Shown piece after piece: positions 52,309-62,300 of a stretch of DNA of 64,000 nucleotides. Within the stretch, counting starts at the first letter, position 1, and each line of letters opens with the position of its first letter. The translations under genes were made by a program, and so were the position numbers. Below the pieces are notes generated by a model. The model ran no database searches, was not told the origin of the DNA, and saw only the letters and a list, made by a program, of their open reading frames with translations. Source of the stretch: an uncultured virus (IMG/VR IMGVR_UViG_3300042879_004886) (Duplodnaviria; Heunggongvirae; Uroviricota; Caudoviricetes). The stretch lies in IMG/VR virus record IMGVR_UViG_3300042879_004886, one strand, 5' to 3'.

Positions 52309-54680
52309 TCCTTGTTTTGTTTTTCGCCTTTTCTGTGGCCGTTGTCAGCTCTATTGTGAGACTTTTTTCTCTTACGTAGATTATTTATGCCGTTTGAACC
52401 ACCAGAGCGAAGGGGCTTTTTATGATCTATGTCTATTCCATCGCCCTTCTTTACCAATCCCTTCTTCATCATCAATTCTCTGGCTTTTGTTCTTGCTGCA
52501 CGTTCTTTTCTTTGCTTTGGCTTTCCGTGGTAGTTTCTGTATTCTTTTTTATAATCTCTCTTTGATTCTTCAGAAATAGTATTCAATATTTCTTCAAAAA
52601 TTGGAATGAGAAATTCAGGATCTTCGCTTGTTCTTTCGTATATCTTGTTTAGAATTGGAACAAGACATCCAGATTTTAGATCTTCTTCTTGAAGAAGTTG
52701 AGAACCATATTTTGTTATTACGTAAGCTTCGGAATCATTTACAATATTCATTCTTGTGAGTTGGTTCAACAAGAAATTATTTGTAAGGGTCTCGATCAAC
52801 ATATCATTGATAACACAATAGTTCTCTCCCAGAAGCCTAGATGCAACTTTTTCGTTTCTTACGACTGGTATCTTTGTCGTCTTTCCATCAACGGTTACGT
52901 AATTGTATTCTATTGCATTTACGTCTTCTGGCTTAAATCCAGGCAATAGGCTCGCGTTTATGTCAAAAGTAAAGTTATTCAAAGCATTTTGAATAAAAAT
53001 GTTCATTGGATCTAACTTTTTGCGATCAACAAACATCTTTTTAAGATCAATTTTTTCCTTTGGCTCTTCTTTTTCCTCTACTACTTTTCTCCACTTTGTT
53101 AGATTTTCGGCAGACTTTCCCTTGTATGTGGAAAGATTAGATCCATCTATTATTTCCTTGTTCTTTTTTACTTCTATTTTTGCAGTCTTGGAAATTTCAT
53201 CAATGTAATCATCAGATAATTGGAAGACACCGTTTACCGTTACTACGTGGTTTGCAGAGGTCTTTGGATCTCTGATGTCGTCTCCCCTCAAAGATGATTT
53301 GAGTACGTTTGCAGCAAAAGATCTGAAGAATTGGCTGTTTCTTTGTTTGAAGAGATCCTTTCCAGCATCATTAATGGATTTTTGATAAGAAGTAAGAGAA
53401 ATGGCGGGGTTTACATTTCCATCTTTGTCCACTGCGGTTCCAAGACTTCTACCACTTGGAGAAGTGATGTTTAGCGACTGGAGCTGCTGTACCATATCAG
53501 GATCTTTCAAAAGCATGGAAAGAGCTTGGTCCGGTAGCAATTGTGTAGCGAAAAGTTCACTTTGTTGCTCAAGATTATTAACAAATCCTTGTACACCAGG
53601 ATCTCTAGTAATATTGTCGGGATTGAGGAGAGCCTTTCCTAGGGCATTTCCGATTATTCCCTTAACTATTTTTCCACTTTGATTCAAGTTGTTGGTGGAA
53701 ATGCTCATTTCACCGCCGGCTGAAATTTTGAATTTATATTCACCACATTCAAGCTCAGGGGCTCCTTCAGAATACATCGAAGAATTTCCTGCTTCAATGC
53801 TTGAAACAAGATTCTTTATGCATTCATCTCCTATCTGAGACAGGATTTTGCTGGCTTGAAGAAACGCTCCCTTGGTGAAATCCAAAGAAGCAGCAGAAGT
53901 AGCAAGCAAAGTCTGCATTTCTTGATCACTGGCTCCGGCTTTTATCTTGGCAACAAACAAAAGCGCATTTAGGACTTGTTGATTGTACGGAACGCTTGAA
54001 AGCGTGTTGATTCCAAACTTGTTGCTTAGAGATTCGAAGGAAATGTTATCAAAATCTTTTGCTGCCATGGGAGAACGAAGTCTCTCAAAGAAGTCTTTTT
54101 GAACTTCCGGTGGCATTTCGGCCAGTTGATCTGGAGTCATCTGCAACATGGCCTTCATTATCTCGTCTTTGGAGAGTTTTTTGGCCTTTGGCTTTTCCTC
54201 TGTTTTCTTCTCTTCAGCTTCTTCTTTTTTGCCACCCTCTTTTTTGGACGGTTCTTCTTTTTTCTTTGTTTCTTCCTTCTTTTCCTCTTTTTCCTTTACT
54301 TCACCGAAAAGAAGCTTTGATGCTCTGGTTTGCTCAAACTTTGGATCTGATGTATATTGCTTGGCCTCAGCCTCAGTCATTACATCGCTTTTATTTATTT
54401 TTGTGTGTAGATTTTTGTTGAAAGAATCCTTAAAAATCAACTGAACTCTTCCCGATGCTGTCTTTACAGCAATAACGTCTTTTACAAGCTCCGCTTTGGC
54501 CTTTCTTTCACGGGGCACCTGCTTTGCTCTTTCGGCGCGCTTGCGTGCTGCGTCCTTGGCCTTGTCAGTCGTGGCCTTGGACTTTTCTCGATCCTTTCGC
54601 ATTGCTTCACCAGTTGTTCTAAAAGAGTCTGCAGCAGCTCGGGAAGCCTCGGTAAGTTTTAAAAGGTCCTTGAATTTCAT
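52299..54680 (-). CDS. Large late protein with an MKFKDLL leader and a C-terminal HNH domain
   Basis: RDYKKEY...GDGIDIDHKKPLRSGGSNGINNLR...NR. Confidence 0.75.
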   Translation of the reverse strand: MKFKDLLKLTEASRAAADSFRTTGEAMRKDREKSKATTDKAKDAARKRAERAKQVPRERKAKAELVKDVIAVKTASGRVQLIFKDSFNKNLHTKINKSDVMTEAEAKQYTSDPKFEQTRASKLLFGEVKEKEEKKEETKKKEEPSKKEGGKKEEAEEKKTEEKPKAKKLSKDEIMKAMLQMTPDQLAEMPPEVQKDFFERLRSPMAAKDFDNISFESLSNKFGINTLSSVPYNQQVLNALLFVAKIKAGASDQEMQTLLATSAASLDFTKGAFLQASKILSQIGDECIKNLVSSIEAGNSSMYSEGAPELECGEYKFKISAGGEMSISTNNLNQSGKIVKGIIGNALGKALLNPDNITRDPGVQGFVNNLEQQSELFATQLLPDQALSMLLKDPDMVQQLQSLNITSPSGRSLGTAVDKDGNVNPAISLTSYQKSINDAGKDLFKQRNSQFFRSFAANVLKSSLRGDDIRDPKTSANHVVTVNGVFQLSDDYIDEISKTAKIEVKKNKEIIDGSNLSTYKGKSAENLTKWRKVVEEKEEPKEKIDLKKMFVDRKKLDPMNIFIQNALNNFTFDINASLLPGFKPEDVNAIEYNYVTVDGKTTKIPVVRNEKVASRLLGENYCVINDMLIETLTNNFLLNQLTRMNIVNDSEAYVITKYGSQLLQEEDLKSGCLVPILNKIYERTSEDPEFLIPIFEEILNTISEESKRDYKKEYRNYHGKPKQRKERAARTKARELMMKKGLVKKGDGIDIDHKKPLRSGGSNGINNLRKRKKSHNRADNGHRKGEKQNKDWK

Positions 54681-54686
54681 CTTAAA

Positions 54687-55289
54687 TTATTTATCACTAT
54701 TAGAATCCTCTACTATTTCTAATGGATTATATAATTTGTAATTTTTATGACTTTTTTCTATGCCATTAGCCACTTTATAGAGAGATTTTTTATCTAGTCC
54801 CCTGGCTTCAGCAAATTCAGGTATATTTTCAACAAAGCAAATTTCATTTGTCTTTGTATTCTTGAAAGTCGCAGATTTCATTATTGCAACTTTTTCAGGC
54901 GTTTTCTTTTTTACTTTTACATGGGAACCAGTTGTTTCCTTAACTTCGCGCTGTTCAACAGCGGTCCAGCCTTTGTATGTCTTTCGCTTGCCATTAAGAA
55001 GTTCACAGACCTTTACAGCTGTCATTCCATGTTCTTCCGCCCATTTGCTCATGTTTGAGAAGAATTCTTTCTGGTTTGTGTGGATGTTTATAAGCCAATA
55101 GCCATTTTGCTCATCTTCCGGACAAACCCAAAGCCAGTACCGGCCATCTTGCTTAAAAAATCCCCCATTTTGTTGAACAAAAATTTGTCTTTGTTTTGCG
55201 GCCTTTGAATCATCATTCATCTTTGTCCAAAGACGAGATCCCCTTGTATTTACCGCCTGTTCAAGTGTTCTGAGTTCTCTGTATTCCAT
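54687..55289 (-). CDS. Protein with two NUMOD1/IENR-like DNA-binding repeats
   Basis: SNMSKWAEEHGM..VKVCELLNGKRKTYKGW and ENIPEFAEARGLDKKSLYKVANGIEKSHKNY. Confidence 0.65.
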   Translation of the reverse strand: MEYRELRTLEQAVNTRGSRLWTKMNDDSKAAKQRQIFVQQNGGFFKQDGRYWLWVCPEDEQNGYWLINIHTNQKEFFSNMSKWAEEHGMTAVKVCELLNGKRKTYKGWTAVEQREVKETTGSHVKVKKKTPEKVAIMKSATFKNTKTNEICFVENIPEFAEARGLDKKSLYKVANGIEKSHKNYKLYNPLEIVEDSNSDK

Positions 55290-55929
55290 GGCTTTCCTTG
55301 TACCTATCTATTGTTTTTTTCAATTTTTTTACATAATTTATTGGTCTATCTTGAAATACTTGCTTTATTCCATCTTCACATGCTATTAATATAGCAAAAT
55401 TTTCAACAATTATTCCAGTTCTTTCCTGAAACATCAAGGCATACGCGGAAGCTTGAAGAAAATAATTTTCAATGTCTTCTTTTCTTTTTTCTTTGCTGCT
55501 GGCCTTAAAATCTATGATGGTGGCTTTTCCGTCATACTCTGCTATGCAATCTGTTCTTCCTGCCAATCCCAATGTCTCTGACCATAGTGGAGTTTCTATT
55601 GCAAGAATGTTGTCGATTTTATCCAGCTCTGGCTTCAATAAATTGAAAAGATACTTGTAATTGGGTAGCATATTGTCGATATCGATATCTTCATTGTTTA
55701 GATATGATTCTATTATGCCATGGAACTTTGTTCCTCTTGATGTGACTCGTCTGCTTTCTTCTGGATTTTTTCTTCTCCAGTCAGCAAAAAACTTTTGTTT
55801 TTCCCATCCCATCACAGTTGTTACACTGGGAAAAATTCCACCGGGAGTCTCATAATGACGTGAGCCATCTATAGAAACTTCTTTAAGTTGGTTTTCCAAT
55901 AATATAGTTTTGTGTGTAAACTTCTTCAT
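55261..55929 (-). CDS. PD-(D/E)XK (Cas4/RecB-like) exonuclease
   Basis: RHYETPGG.FPSVTTV, RGTKFH, LAGRTDCIAEYDG..IIDFK, YFLQASAY. Confidence 0.9.
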   Translation of the reverse strand: MKKFTHKTILLENQLKEVSIDGSRHYETPGGIFPSVTTVMGWEKQKFFADWRRKNPEESRRVTSRGTKFHGIIESYLNNEDIDIDNMLPNYKYLFNLLKPELDKIDNILAIETPLWSETLGLAGRTDCIAEYDGKATIIDFKASSKEKRKEDIENYFLQASAYALMFQERTGIIVENFAILIACEDGIKQVFQDRPINYVKKLKKTIDRYKESHGIQRTQNT

Positions 55930-55975
55930 GTGTACAAATCACCTTATTATACCACAATTTAAATAATAATCAAAA

Positions 55976-57946
55976 TTATTGCAGTCTTATTGTTTGCGCT
56001 GTTCCGAAAAATTTATCCAAGTAAGCATTGATGTCTGCTTGAGTTTTTATATTTCTCAAGTAATTGTCCAGGGGTGTCCCTTGACCATCTCCTACCATAC
56101 CGAATGATGGGAAACCTCCGCCAGCCGCTTTTTCTTTTGTGGTAGTTTCTTTCGTGTTTTTTGTTGTTGATTGGGTAGATGTCCTTATTGTTGTTGTCCC
56201 GCCACCACCAGTTTGTTGCGCTGGTGCTTGGGCTGGTGTCTGTGCAGGAACTTGGGCTGGTGTCTGTGCAGGAACTTGAGCTGGTGCTTGGGCTGGTGCC
56301 TGTGACGGAGCTTGAGCTGGTGCCTCTGCCGGAGCTTGAGCTGGTGCCTGAACTGTAATATTACGTGTAGTTTTAGCTCTACCTGTCACTGGTTTAGTTT
56401 CTCCAGAAACCGTTGACTTTCCTCCAGGAACTTCTGTTCTCGTAGGTTTAGTTTCTGATGGTCTAGAAACTTCTCCTCTAACAACAGTTGGTTTTTGACC
56501 AGTTTCAGCTGGCATAACCTCAACAATTCCTGCTGGTCTTGGTGGAACATTTGAAGTTGGTGCTCTTGCTGGCTCCGCTGCTCCGATTGCCAAAGCTGCC
56601 GTAGTCGCTACTCCAAATTTTTTGGCTAAAGATGGTTGAGCTTCTGGTGCAACTGTGGAAGGAGATTGTCCGGGTTCAAAATAAGGTTCAAATGGTTGAC
56701 CTGGTGACCAAGAACCTTCCCCTCTTCTCCATGCCGCCATTTGTTCTTGGGGAGATAAATTTTGCCACGATGATGGTTGAGTTCTAGATCTTATTGTTAT
56801 TTCTGGTCGAAGCATTTGTTTCAACCAGCCTGGTAGTTGTTTTGCTTGACCTACAAAACCTTGTGGGCTTCTTTGTGTTGCAACAAAATCCGTTGCAATA
56901 TCTGCCAGTGTTTCAGCTCCTTTTGCCACTTTTCCTGGAACTGATTTTCCAGTTTCTATTGCTGTTTCAGCAACTTTTGCTGCAGCTTTGCCTGTAGCCT
57001 TCAATCCTTCTTTGCCGGCCTCCCCCGCAGCTTTTGCTCCCTGAACCGCAAGCTTGCCACCCTCAACTCCCGCAACCTTTGCTCCTCTACCAACAATTCC
57101 CGCTCCAGCTTCCCCCGCTCTAAAGCCAGGTATTCCACCTAAAACTTCACCAGCAAATCTAGATCCTTTTCCTGCTGCAACAGATGTTCCTGCTCCATAG
57201 CCAAGCAAACCAATCCCTCCAGCAGCCACAATTGCTTTTGCAGCTTTAGGGCCATACAGACCACTCAATCTTCCGAAACCGCCAAGAAGGGCTCCAGCTC
57301 CTTTAAACGCAGCTCCACCAGCTGCTGTCATTGCCAATCCTTCTGGAGTTGTCAGAGAGTCCTGCGCACCCCTCAAGAAATCATATGCCATGGCACTATT
57401 GGGATCTATTCCTGCCCAAGTTTGTATTGATTTTCCTGCAGAAGGCATCGAATATTCTCTTCCTTCAGCACCTTTTTTCATAGGAATTACTTCAAGGGGA
57501 TTGGTTATATCGCCTGCCAAACTTATATATTCATCTCTAGTTAAAACATCTGCAAGATCTGGATTTCTTGATAACGCAGTTTGAAGAATTTCTGTTTCAT
57601 CTGGATTTCTGTCGCCCTCATCAAATTTTTCTTTTCTTGCCAATACAATTTCCTTGGCAAGCTGGCTTCTCAATTCTTCATATTTTTTCTTATCTTCTTT
57701 AGCTAGAGGAACTTCTCCTTGTGCCATACCTTTAACAAAAGGCATGTTTTCATATGCAAACTCAGTGTAACCAGATTTATCGGAAATATCCATTAAACCC
57801 TGGCCGAGTTTTTCTCTAACATTTGATGGGGCTTTTCTTGTTTTGCTATACTCAATTACACCCAACTCTTCTTTTTCCAGAAGAATCTTATTTTGGTATC
57901 TTTGTTCTAAAATAAACTCTACGTTTGGGTGTAATTTTCTGGCCAT
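55976..57946 (-). CDS. Large Ala/Gly-rich protein with Q(A/V/T)PA repeats (possible ejected or membrane-active protein)
   Basis: Gly-zipper-like hydrophobic segments and a tandem tetrapeptide repeat. Confidence 0.7.
   Translation of the reverse strand: MARKLHPNVEFILEQRYQNKILLEKEELGVIEYSKTRKAPSNVREKLGQGLMDISDKSGYTEFAYENMPFVKGMAQGEVPLAKEDKKKYEELRSQLAKEIVLARKEKFDEGDRNPDETEILQTALSRNPDLADVLTRDEYISLAGDITNPLEVIPMKKGAEGREYSMPSAGKSIQTWAGIDPNSAMAYDFLRGAQDSLTTPEGLAMTAAGGAAFKGAGALLGGFGRLSGLYGPKAAKAIVAAGGIGLLGYGAGTSVAAGKGSRFAGEVLGGIPGFRAGEAGAGIVGRGAKVAGVEGGKLAVQGAKAAGEAGKEGLKATGKAAAKVAETAIETGKSVPGKVAKGAETLADIATDFVATQRSPQGFVGQAKQLPGWLKQMLRPEITIRSRTQPSSWQNLSPQEQMAAWRRGEGSWSPGQPFEPYFEPGQSPSTVAPEAQPSLAKKFGVATTAALAIGAAEPARAPTSNVPPRPAGIVEVMPAETGQKPTVVRGEVSRPSETKPTRTEVPGGKSTVSGETKPVTGRAKTTRNITVQAPAQAPAEAPAQAPSQAPAQAPAQVPAQTPAQVPAQTPAQAPAQQTGGGGTTTIRTSTQSTTKNTKETTTKEKAAGGGFPSFGMVGDGQGTPLDNYLRNIKTQADINAYLDKFFGTAQTIRLQ
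56218..56350 (-). repeat. In-frame 12-bp tandem repeat (about 11 copies encoding QAPA/QVPA/QTPA)
   Basis: GCTGGTGCTTGG / GCTGGTGTCTGT / GCAGGAACTTGG units. Confidence 0.85.
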
Positions 57947-57957
57947 TGTATTTTTAT

Positions 57958-59049
57958 TTATCTAGGTACTTGATTCTTCATTTGTGCCAATGTTGGGCGA
58001 ACTGGTTTTTTCCCAACTGCGGGGCCAGCAAGAATTTCAGCCTCAGTTTCCAATCTGTGAGGTACAATGAATGGGGGGGGTTGGTAAAGCCTTTTAAAAG
58101 TCTCATCGTATTCCACTGCTGTTACTGGAGGCCGCGGATCGGAATATCTTGAACCTATTGCGGCTTGTGATGATGATCCCATTTGTGGTGTTCCTGGGTT
58201 CATTTCATCGTTCATTTTTCTTACTGTAAGAGTCAATTCCCTTACTGCATTCGCATCGCCTCTCTCCCTTGCCTTTCTTAGTTCCGCTTTTGTTCTATCT
58301 AACTCACCTCTTATTGCTATATTTGCAGTAGCAATTTTTTCATTTCTTTGTTGTCTGGCTGATCTCACGGCTTCCAATGATCCTGGATCTCTTGGATTGT
58401 ATGATGGAACCTGTTGTGCTCTTGCAGTTCTCAAATCCTTCATCATTTCTCCCTGCTCATAACTCAACTCTGCAGCAGGCATTGATGACTGTGGCCCAAT
58501 GAAATTGACTTCAGCTGGTGTTAGATCCGCTGGTGGAGGAGTCAATGCATAGGATGGCAAACTTTGAAATCTGTTCATTGATGGGGAGAATTGCATTGAA
58601 GATGCATATAATCCCATTTCTCTGTTAAGATTTTGGTCTTGGGTTCTGGGGCTCAGAATATTATTTTTTCTGCCGGGCTTTGTTGAAATTTCAGGATTCA
58701 GTAAAGCCTCATTGAGGTTTTTTTTTAAATTGAACATGTTGTCAACTATATTTGGAGTAAATGCCTTGCATTCAGGTGTTCCGTTCTTGACTGCTTCTTC
58801 ATTCATGGAAAGCAAAGAATTTACATTCTTGATAAGATCTTCTGAAAAACAAGACAGTTCATTTGCCATTTGTTTGTTGGAATCCTCTGTCAACACTTGT
58901 GGTGTATGCAGTTTATTTTGTGAAACCAACATTTTTTGAATGCTTTCCTTCAAGGATTCTGGCTTGGCCTTCTTTTGGGTGGTTGAAGGCTTTTTGTTCA
59001 AGAAATCCTTGACTTCCCAATAAAATTGTTTATCTTGTTTATTATCCAT
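57958..59049 (-). CDS. Hypothetical late protein
   Basis: CTAAATA upstream; LKE, LTE and LNE motifs. Confidence 0.7.
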   Translation of the reverse strand: MDNKQDKQFYWEVKDFLNKKPSTTQKKAKPESLKESIQKMLVSQNKLHTPQVLTEDSNKQMANELSCFSEDLIKNVNSLLSMNEEAVKNGTPECKAFTPNIVDNMFNLKKNLNEALLNPEISTKPGRKNNILSPRTQDQNLNREMGLYASSMQFSPSMNRFQSLPSYALTPPPADLTPAEVNFIGPQSSMPAAELSYEQGEMMKDLRTARAQQVPSYNPRDPGSLEAVRSARQQRNEKIATANIAIRGELDRTKAELRKARERGDANAVRELTLTVRKMNDEMNPGTPQMGSSSQAAIGSRYSDPRPPVTAVEYDETFKRLYQPPPFIVPHRLETEAEILAGPAVGKKPVRPTLAQMKNQVPR

Positions 59050-59089
59050 GGCTGTAAAATATTTAGATTTTCATAAATACTTAAAAGGT

Positions 59090-59587
59090 ATGAAGAAGCA
59101 GGTTCTCTTGCTAAATCAGGATAATACACCCTTAAATATTATTACAATTGGAAAAGCCTTCAAACTTTTAAGTAAAGACAAGGTTTATGCAGACTTTGAA
59201 AGTAGTGAATTTTATGAAGTTGCTTCGGTCTCAAAGATCGTAAAAATACCCAAAATTTTAATACTCAAGTATTACGTAAAATTGCCATATAAACGGGTTG
59301 CTCCGTCAAGAGCCAATATTCTCCGAAGAGATCAATACTGCTGTCAATACTGTGGAATTGAATTGTGTGATAAGACGGCCACCGTTGATCATATTGTTCC
59401 TAGATGCAAGGGAGGAGGCTCTACTTGGGTGAATCTCGTAGCAGCCTGCAAGGATTGCAATCTACATAAAGGAAACAGGACTCTAAAAGAAGCCAAGATG
59501 GATTTAAAATCAAAGCCAAAAGAACCATCTTATGGATTCTTGTTTGACCATATATTGGTGACATTCAGAAAGACAAAAAATGCCTAA
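59090..59587 (+). CDS. HNH endonuclease (McrA/HNH_5-like)
   Basis: VLLLNQDNTPL...SRANILRRDQYCCQYCG...TVDHIVPR.KGG.STWVNLVAACKDCN..KG. Confidence 0.9.
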   Translation: MKKQVLLLNQDNTPLNIITIGKAFKLLSKDKVYADFESSEFYEVASVSKIVKIPKILILKYYVKLPYKRVAPSRANILRRDQYCCQYCGIELCDKTATVDHIVPRCKGGGSTWVNLVAACKDCNLHKGNRTLKEAKMDLKSKPKEPSYGFLFDHILVTFRKTKNA

Positions 59588-59882
59588 CTATTCATTTAAC
59601 TGCGAAGCATGTGATCATAAATTTGAATTATTTCTAAAGATGAGTGAATGTGGAAATCCACTCAAGGAAAAATGCCCAAAATGCAAAAAAAAGAAAGTTG
59701 TGCGTGATTGGGCAGACCAAACAAATTCAATTGCCATGGATACAACCCTAACCCCTTCGAAGGTTAATGGAAGTGCCTGGAAGGAAGTAATAGATAAGAT
59801 TAAAAATTCAGGCCATGTTCCAAAGAGATACCATGACAAGCTTGAAAATTCTGGAAGACATGCTGGTAGATATGTCCGTTAA
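59580..59882 (+). CDS. FmdB-family zinc-ribbon protein
   Basis: MPNYSFNCEACDHKFE...CPKC. Confidence 0.85.
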   Translation: MPNYSFNCEACDHKFELFLKMSECGNPLKEKCPKCKKKKVVRDWADQTNSIAMDTTLTPSKVNGSAWKEVIDKIKNSGHVPKRYHDKLENSGRHAGRYVR

Positions 59883-60418
59883 ATTTTTGAGTTTACAAGA
59901 GACTTAAGAATATAATAACTGTCTATAATATCCGTTACAGGATTAGTCAGAGATTTTTGCTCAAAGACCGAAATTAAATCGGTCTTTGTCTCTTTTAGGA
60001 AGGCTTCATACATTGCCTGTTTATCGGCGTTACCTTTACCTGTGGCGAGTTTCTTGACACGGGATGGCTCTACGACGGTTACGGGGACGGCGAGCTTATG
60101 GAGTTTGTATTTCAATATTCCACAGTTCTCTGCCAGATTAAAAACTCTACCGTGTGAGCCGTATGAATATCCTTCTATGCCAACATCTGCAGCCCCAATA
60201 CATAAATTTGTTGCCCATTCTGAAATGGTATCAAATCTTTCTGTATCGTGGGCGTATTCCTCAAAACCTTCACCATTAATATTTGGTGCAATTTTTGTAG
60301 CAAACTTTTTTGTGTTGGTCAAAAAATAAAATGAGCAATTTTGAAAGCAGAATTCCCGCTTTTCATCAAAAAGGCAGATGGCTGGGCTGGTTATAGAATA
60401 GTCAATCCCTACGAGCAT
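59879..60418 (-). CDS. RuvC-like Holliday junction resolvase/endonuclease
   Basis: GIDYSITSP, IEGYSYGS, LAENCGILK, KKLATGKGNADK, DIIDSY. Confidence 0.88.
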   Translation of the reverse strand: MLVGIDYSITSPAICLFDEKREFCFQNCSFYFLTNTKKFATKIAPNINGEGFEEYAHDTERFDTISEWATNLCIGAADVGIEGYSYGSHGRVFNLAENCGILKYKLHKLAVPVTVVEPSRVKKLATGKGNADKQAMYEAFLKETKTDLISVFEQKSLTNPVTDIIDSYYILKSLVNSKI

Positions 60419-60443
60419 ATAGAACATATATATTTATACCTTG

Positions 60444-60532
60444 GCCAGCAGCGGTGGTTCCTTAGCATTACGATGGGTTAATACTTAGAACGGCCCAAAA
60501 GGAATGCGTGGAAACATCCCACCGCCGCTGAC
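60444..60532 (-). ncRNA. Unclassified small structured RNA
   Basis: 14-bp closing stem (two G-U pairs only on the minus strand) directly after a CATAAATA late-like motif. Confidence 0.55.
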
Positions 60533-60545
60533 AGAAATATTTATG

Positions 60546-60577
60546 AAAAATCCTTTCCTTGTGGGGAGGATTTTTTT
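60546..60577. terminator. Intrinsic terminator
   Basis: AAAAATCCTTTCC-TTGT-GGGGAGGATTTTTTT. Confidence 0.7.
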
Positions 60578-61853
60578 AATCAGGTCTTTGTATTGTTTGC
60601 AAAGGTCCAGACAAAGGGCCAGCTTTACGCTTTTTCTCTTCTTCTCTGTTTTTTGCTCGCTGGTTAGCAACTTGTAAAAACGTCGGGTCTACTGCATAAC
60701 CTTCGCCGCCACCACGCAAGAAAGCATCACCCATCATTTGCTCGCTGTCGGAATACATTGGATTGTACAATGATGATGCAGCTTTTTTCATTGTCTGATC
60801 TCTTGTTGTTACGTCTCCCATTGCACCAGCGACATCATAAGCAAAGTTTGAAGTAGAAATAGGATCTGACATGAAAACTCCAGAATTAAATCCCATTGGT
60901 CTTGTTGCATCAAAATCATTTTTCATTTGTGCAACACGTGTCTGACGCTCTCGTTGAGGTTTAATCACTTTGTCGCTATAGGCATCTTGGGCCACCTGCT
61001 GGGCATAATCGACATTTGATTGCAGACCTCTTGCTACATCTGAAGCGATTGATTTTTTTGCAGTTTTAATGTCTTTTGCTGCTCTTGTTGCATCACCTTT
61101 TTTTACGTCCTGTAACACATCTGAAAGAAAGTCTAAACCTTCATTTTCTTTTCCCATATGGGTCTGGAAGGCCAATTCTGCCTGTGATCTTCCTATGTTT
61201 GGATCTAATTCGGGAGCTTTTGCCCTGCCTAGAGATTTTTCAAGTTCAAATTCATAATCGGCAAATCTCGGATCACTTGTAATTTTTGATCTTGCCAATT
61301 CATTATGATGTTCGATTGCATCACCTGCTCTTTCAATTCCTCTTGCATTTACTTCCTGTGGATCAAGTCTATATGAAAATTCTTTTTTAATGTCATTTTT
61401 TATATTATCTGGCATCAAAGCCTCTATACTTGATGTCATGCGTAATTGGTTATATTTGTTTGATTTTTTTCTATTAAGTGCGTAATGTGGATTGTCTTGT
61501 AGTTGCCTTGATTTTTGAAATAGATGCTGTAATTCGTGTCTTAATGCGGAATTTTCTTGAGAAGTTGGAATTCTAATTTGTGCGGGAGAATCTGTATATA
61601 TGTTGATTTTATGTGCATCGTGTGATAATTTGACTCCACCGGAATATTCTTTTTCTTTGGACAAAAATCGATAATCACCTAAAGTTCTACTGTCTTTTGG
61701 TTCAACAAATACATAGGTACCTATTCCACCGAGCGCATAGTTTGTCGATTTGCCGGTCTTTGCTAAATTTTTTCCTAAAAGATCTGCTCTTGTTCTGGAG
61801 GCTTGTATTTGGTCTACAACGCCTTCTACCAAAAATTGTTTAAATCTCAGCAT
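60576..61853 (-). CDS. Zincin-like metallopeptidase-domain protein with an MLRFKQFLVE leader
   Basis: ALRHELQHLFQ and YRLDPQEVNAR; TATAAATA upstream. Confidence 0.7.
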   Translation of the reverse strand: MLRFKQFLVEGVVDQIQASRTRADLLGKNLAKTGKSTNYALGGIGTYVFVEPKDSRTLGDYRFLSKEKEYSGGVKLSHDAHKINIYTDSPAQIRIPTSQENSALRHELQHLFQKSRQLQDNPHYALNRKKSNKYNQLRMTSSIEALMPDNIKNDIKKEFSYRLDPQEVNARGIERAGDAIEHHNELARSKITSDPRFADYEFELEKSLGRAKAPELDPNIGRSQAELAFQTHMGKENEGLDFLSDVLQDVKKGDATRAAKDIKTAKKSIASDVARGLQSNVDYAQQVAQDAYSDKVIKPQRERQTRVAQMKNDFDATRPMGFNSGVFMSDPISTSNFAYDVAGAMGDVTTRDQTMKKAASSLYNPMYSDSEQMMGDAFLRGGGEGYAVDPTFLQVANQRAKNREEEKKRKAGPLSGPLQTIQRPD

Positions 61854-61864
61854 ACCAATATTTA

Positions 61865-61898
61865 TAAACCCCCAGGCTTTTTGCCTAGGGGTTTATTT
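61865..61898. terminator. Intrinsic terminator-like hairpin
   Basis: AAACCCCCAGGC-TTTTT-GCCTAGGGGTTT. Confidence 0.6.
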
Positions 61899-61921
61899 AT
61901 ACTCCTCCGACTATATTATTC

Positions 61922-62257
61922 TTATTTTGGTTGTGGGTGATGTATTTCACAGTGGCAATTTGCACACAATAGATCACACTTATCCAATTCTTTTTTGGTT
62001 TTTTCCCATGAGTAAGGCATTCCTTTATGGGATAGTCCAAAATTTTTTTTATTTGGATCTCTGTGATGAAACTGCAACGCTGCTACGCAAGTTTTGTAGC
62101 CACATGATTGGCACTTTCCACCTTTATAATCTATACATTTTTGTTTTCTTCTTTGTCGGTAAATAGTAACTGCACACCCATTACATAAAGATTTTCTGTG
62201 TCCGTTTTTACGATTGTAGATAAATGATCTATTACATCTAGTACATATTGTATTCAT
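61922..62257 (-). CDS. HNH endonuclease
   Basis: YKGGKCQSCGY..CVAALQFHHRDP...ELDKCDLLCANCH.E.H. Confidence 0.9.
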   Translation of the reverse strand: MNTICTRCNRSFIYNRKNGHRKSLCNGCAVTIYRQRRKQKCIDYKGGKCQSCGYKTCVAALQFHHRDPNKKNFGLSHKGMPYSWEKTKKELDKCDLLCANCHCEIHHPQPK

Positions 62258-62300
62258 ACTATTATTTAGTATTAGCACCCTTTGTACTGCCACACTTAAA

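Noticed and set aside
56218..56350. 12-bp tandem repeat as a regulatory or CRISPR-like array
   Set aside because: In-frame coding repeat (QAPA linker) with synonymous variation.
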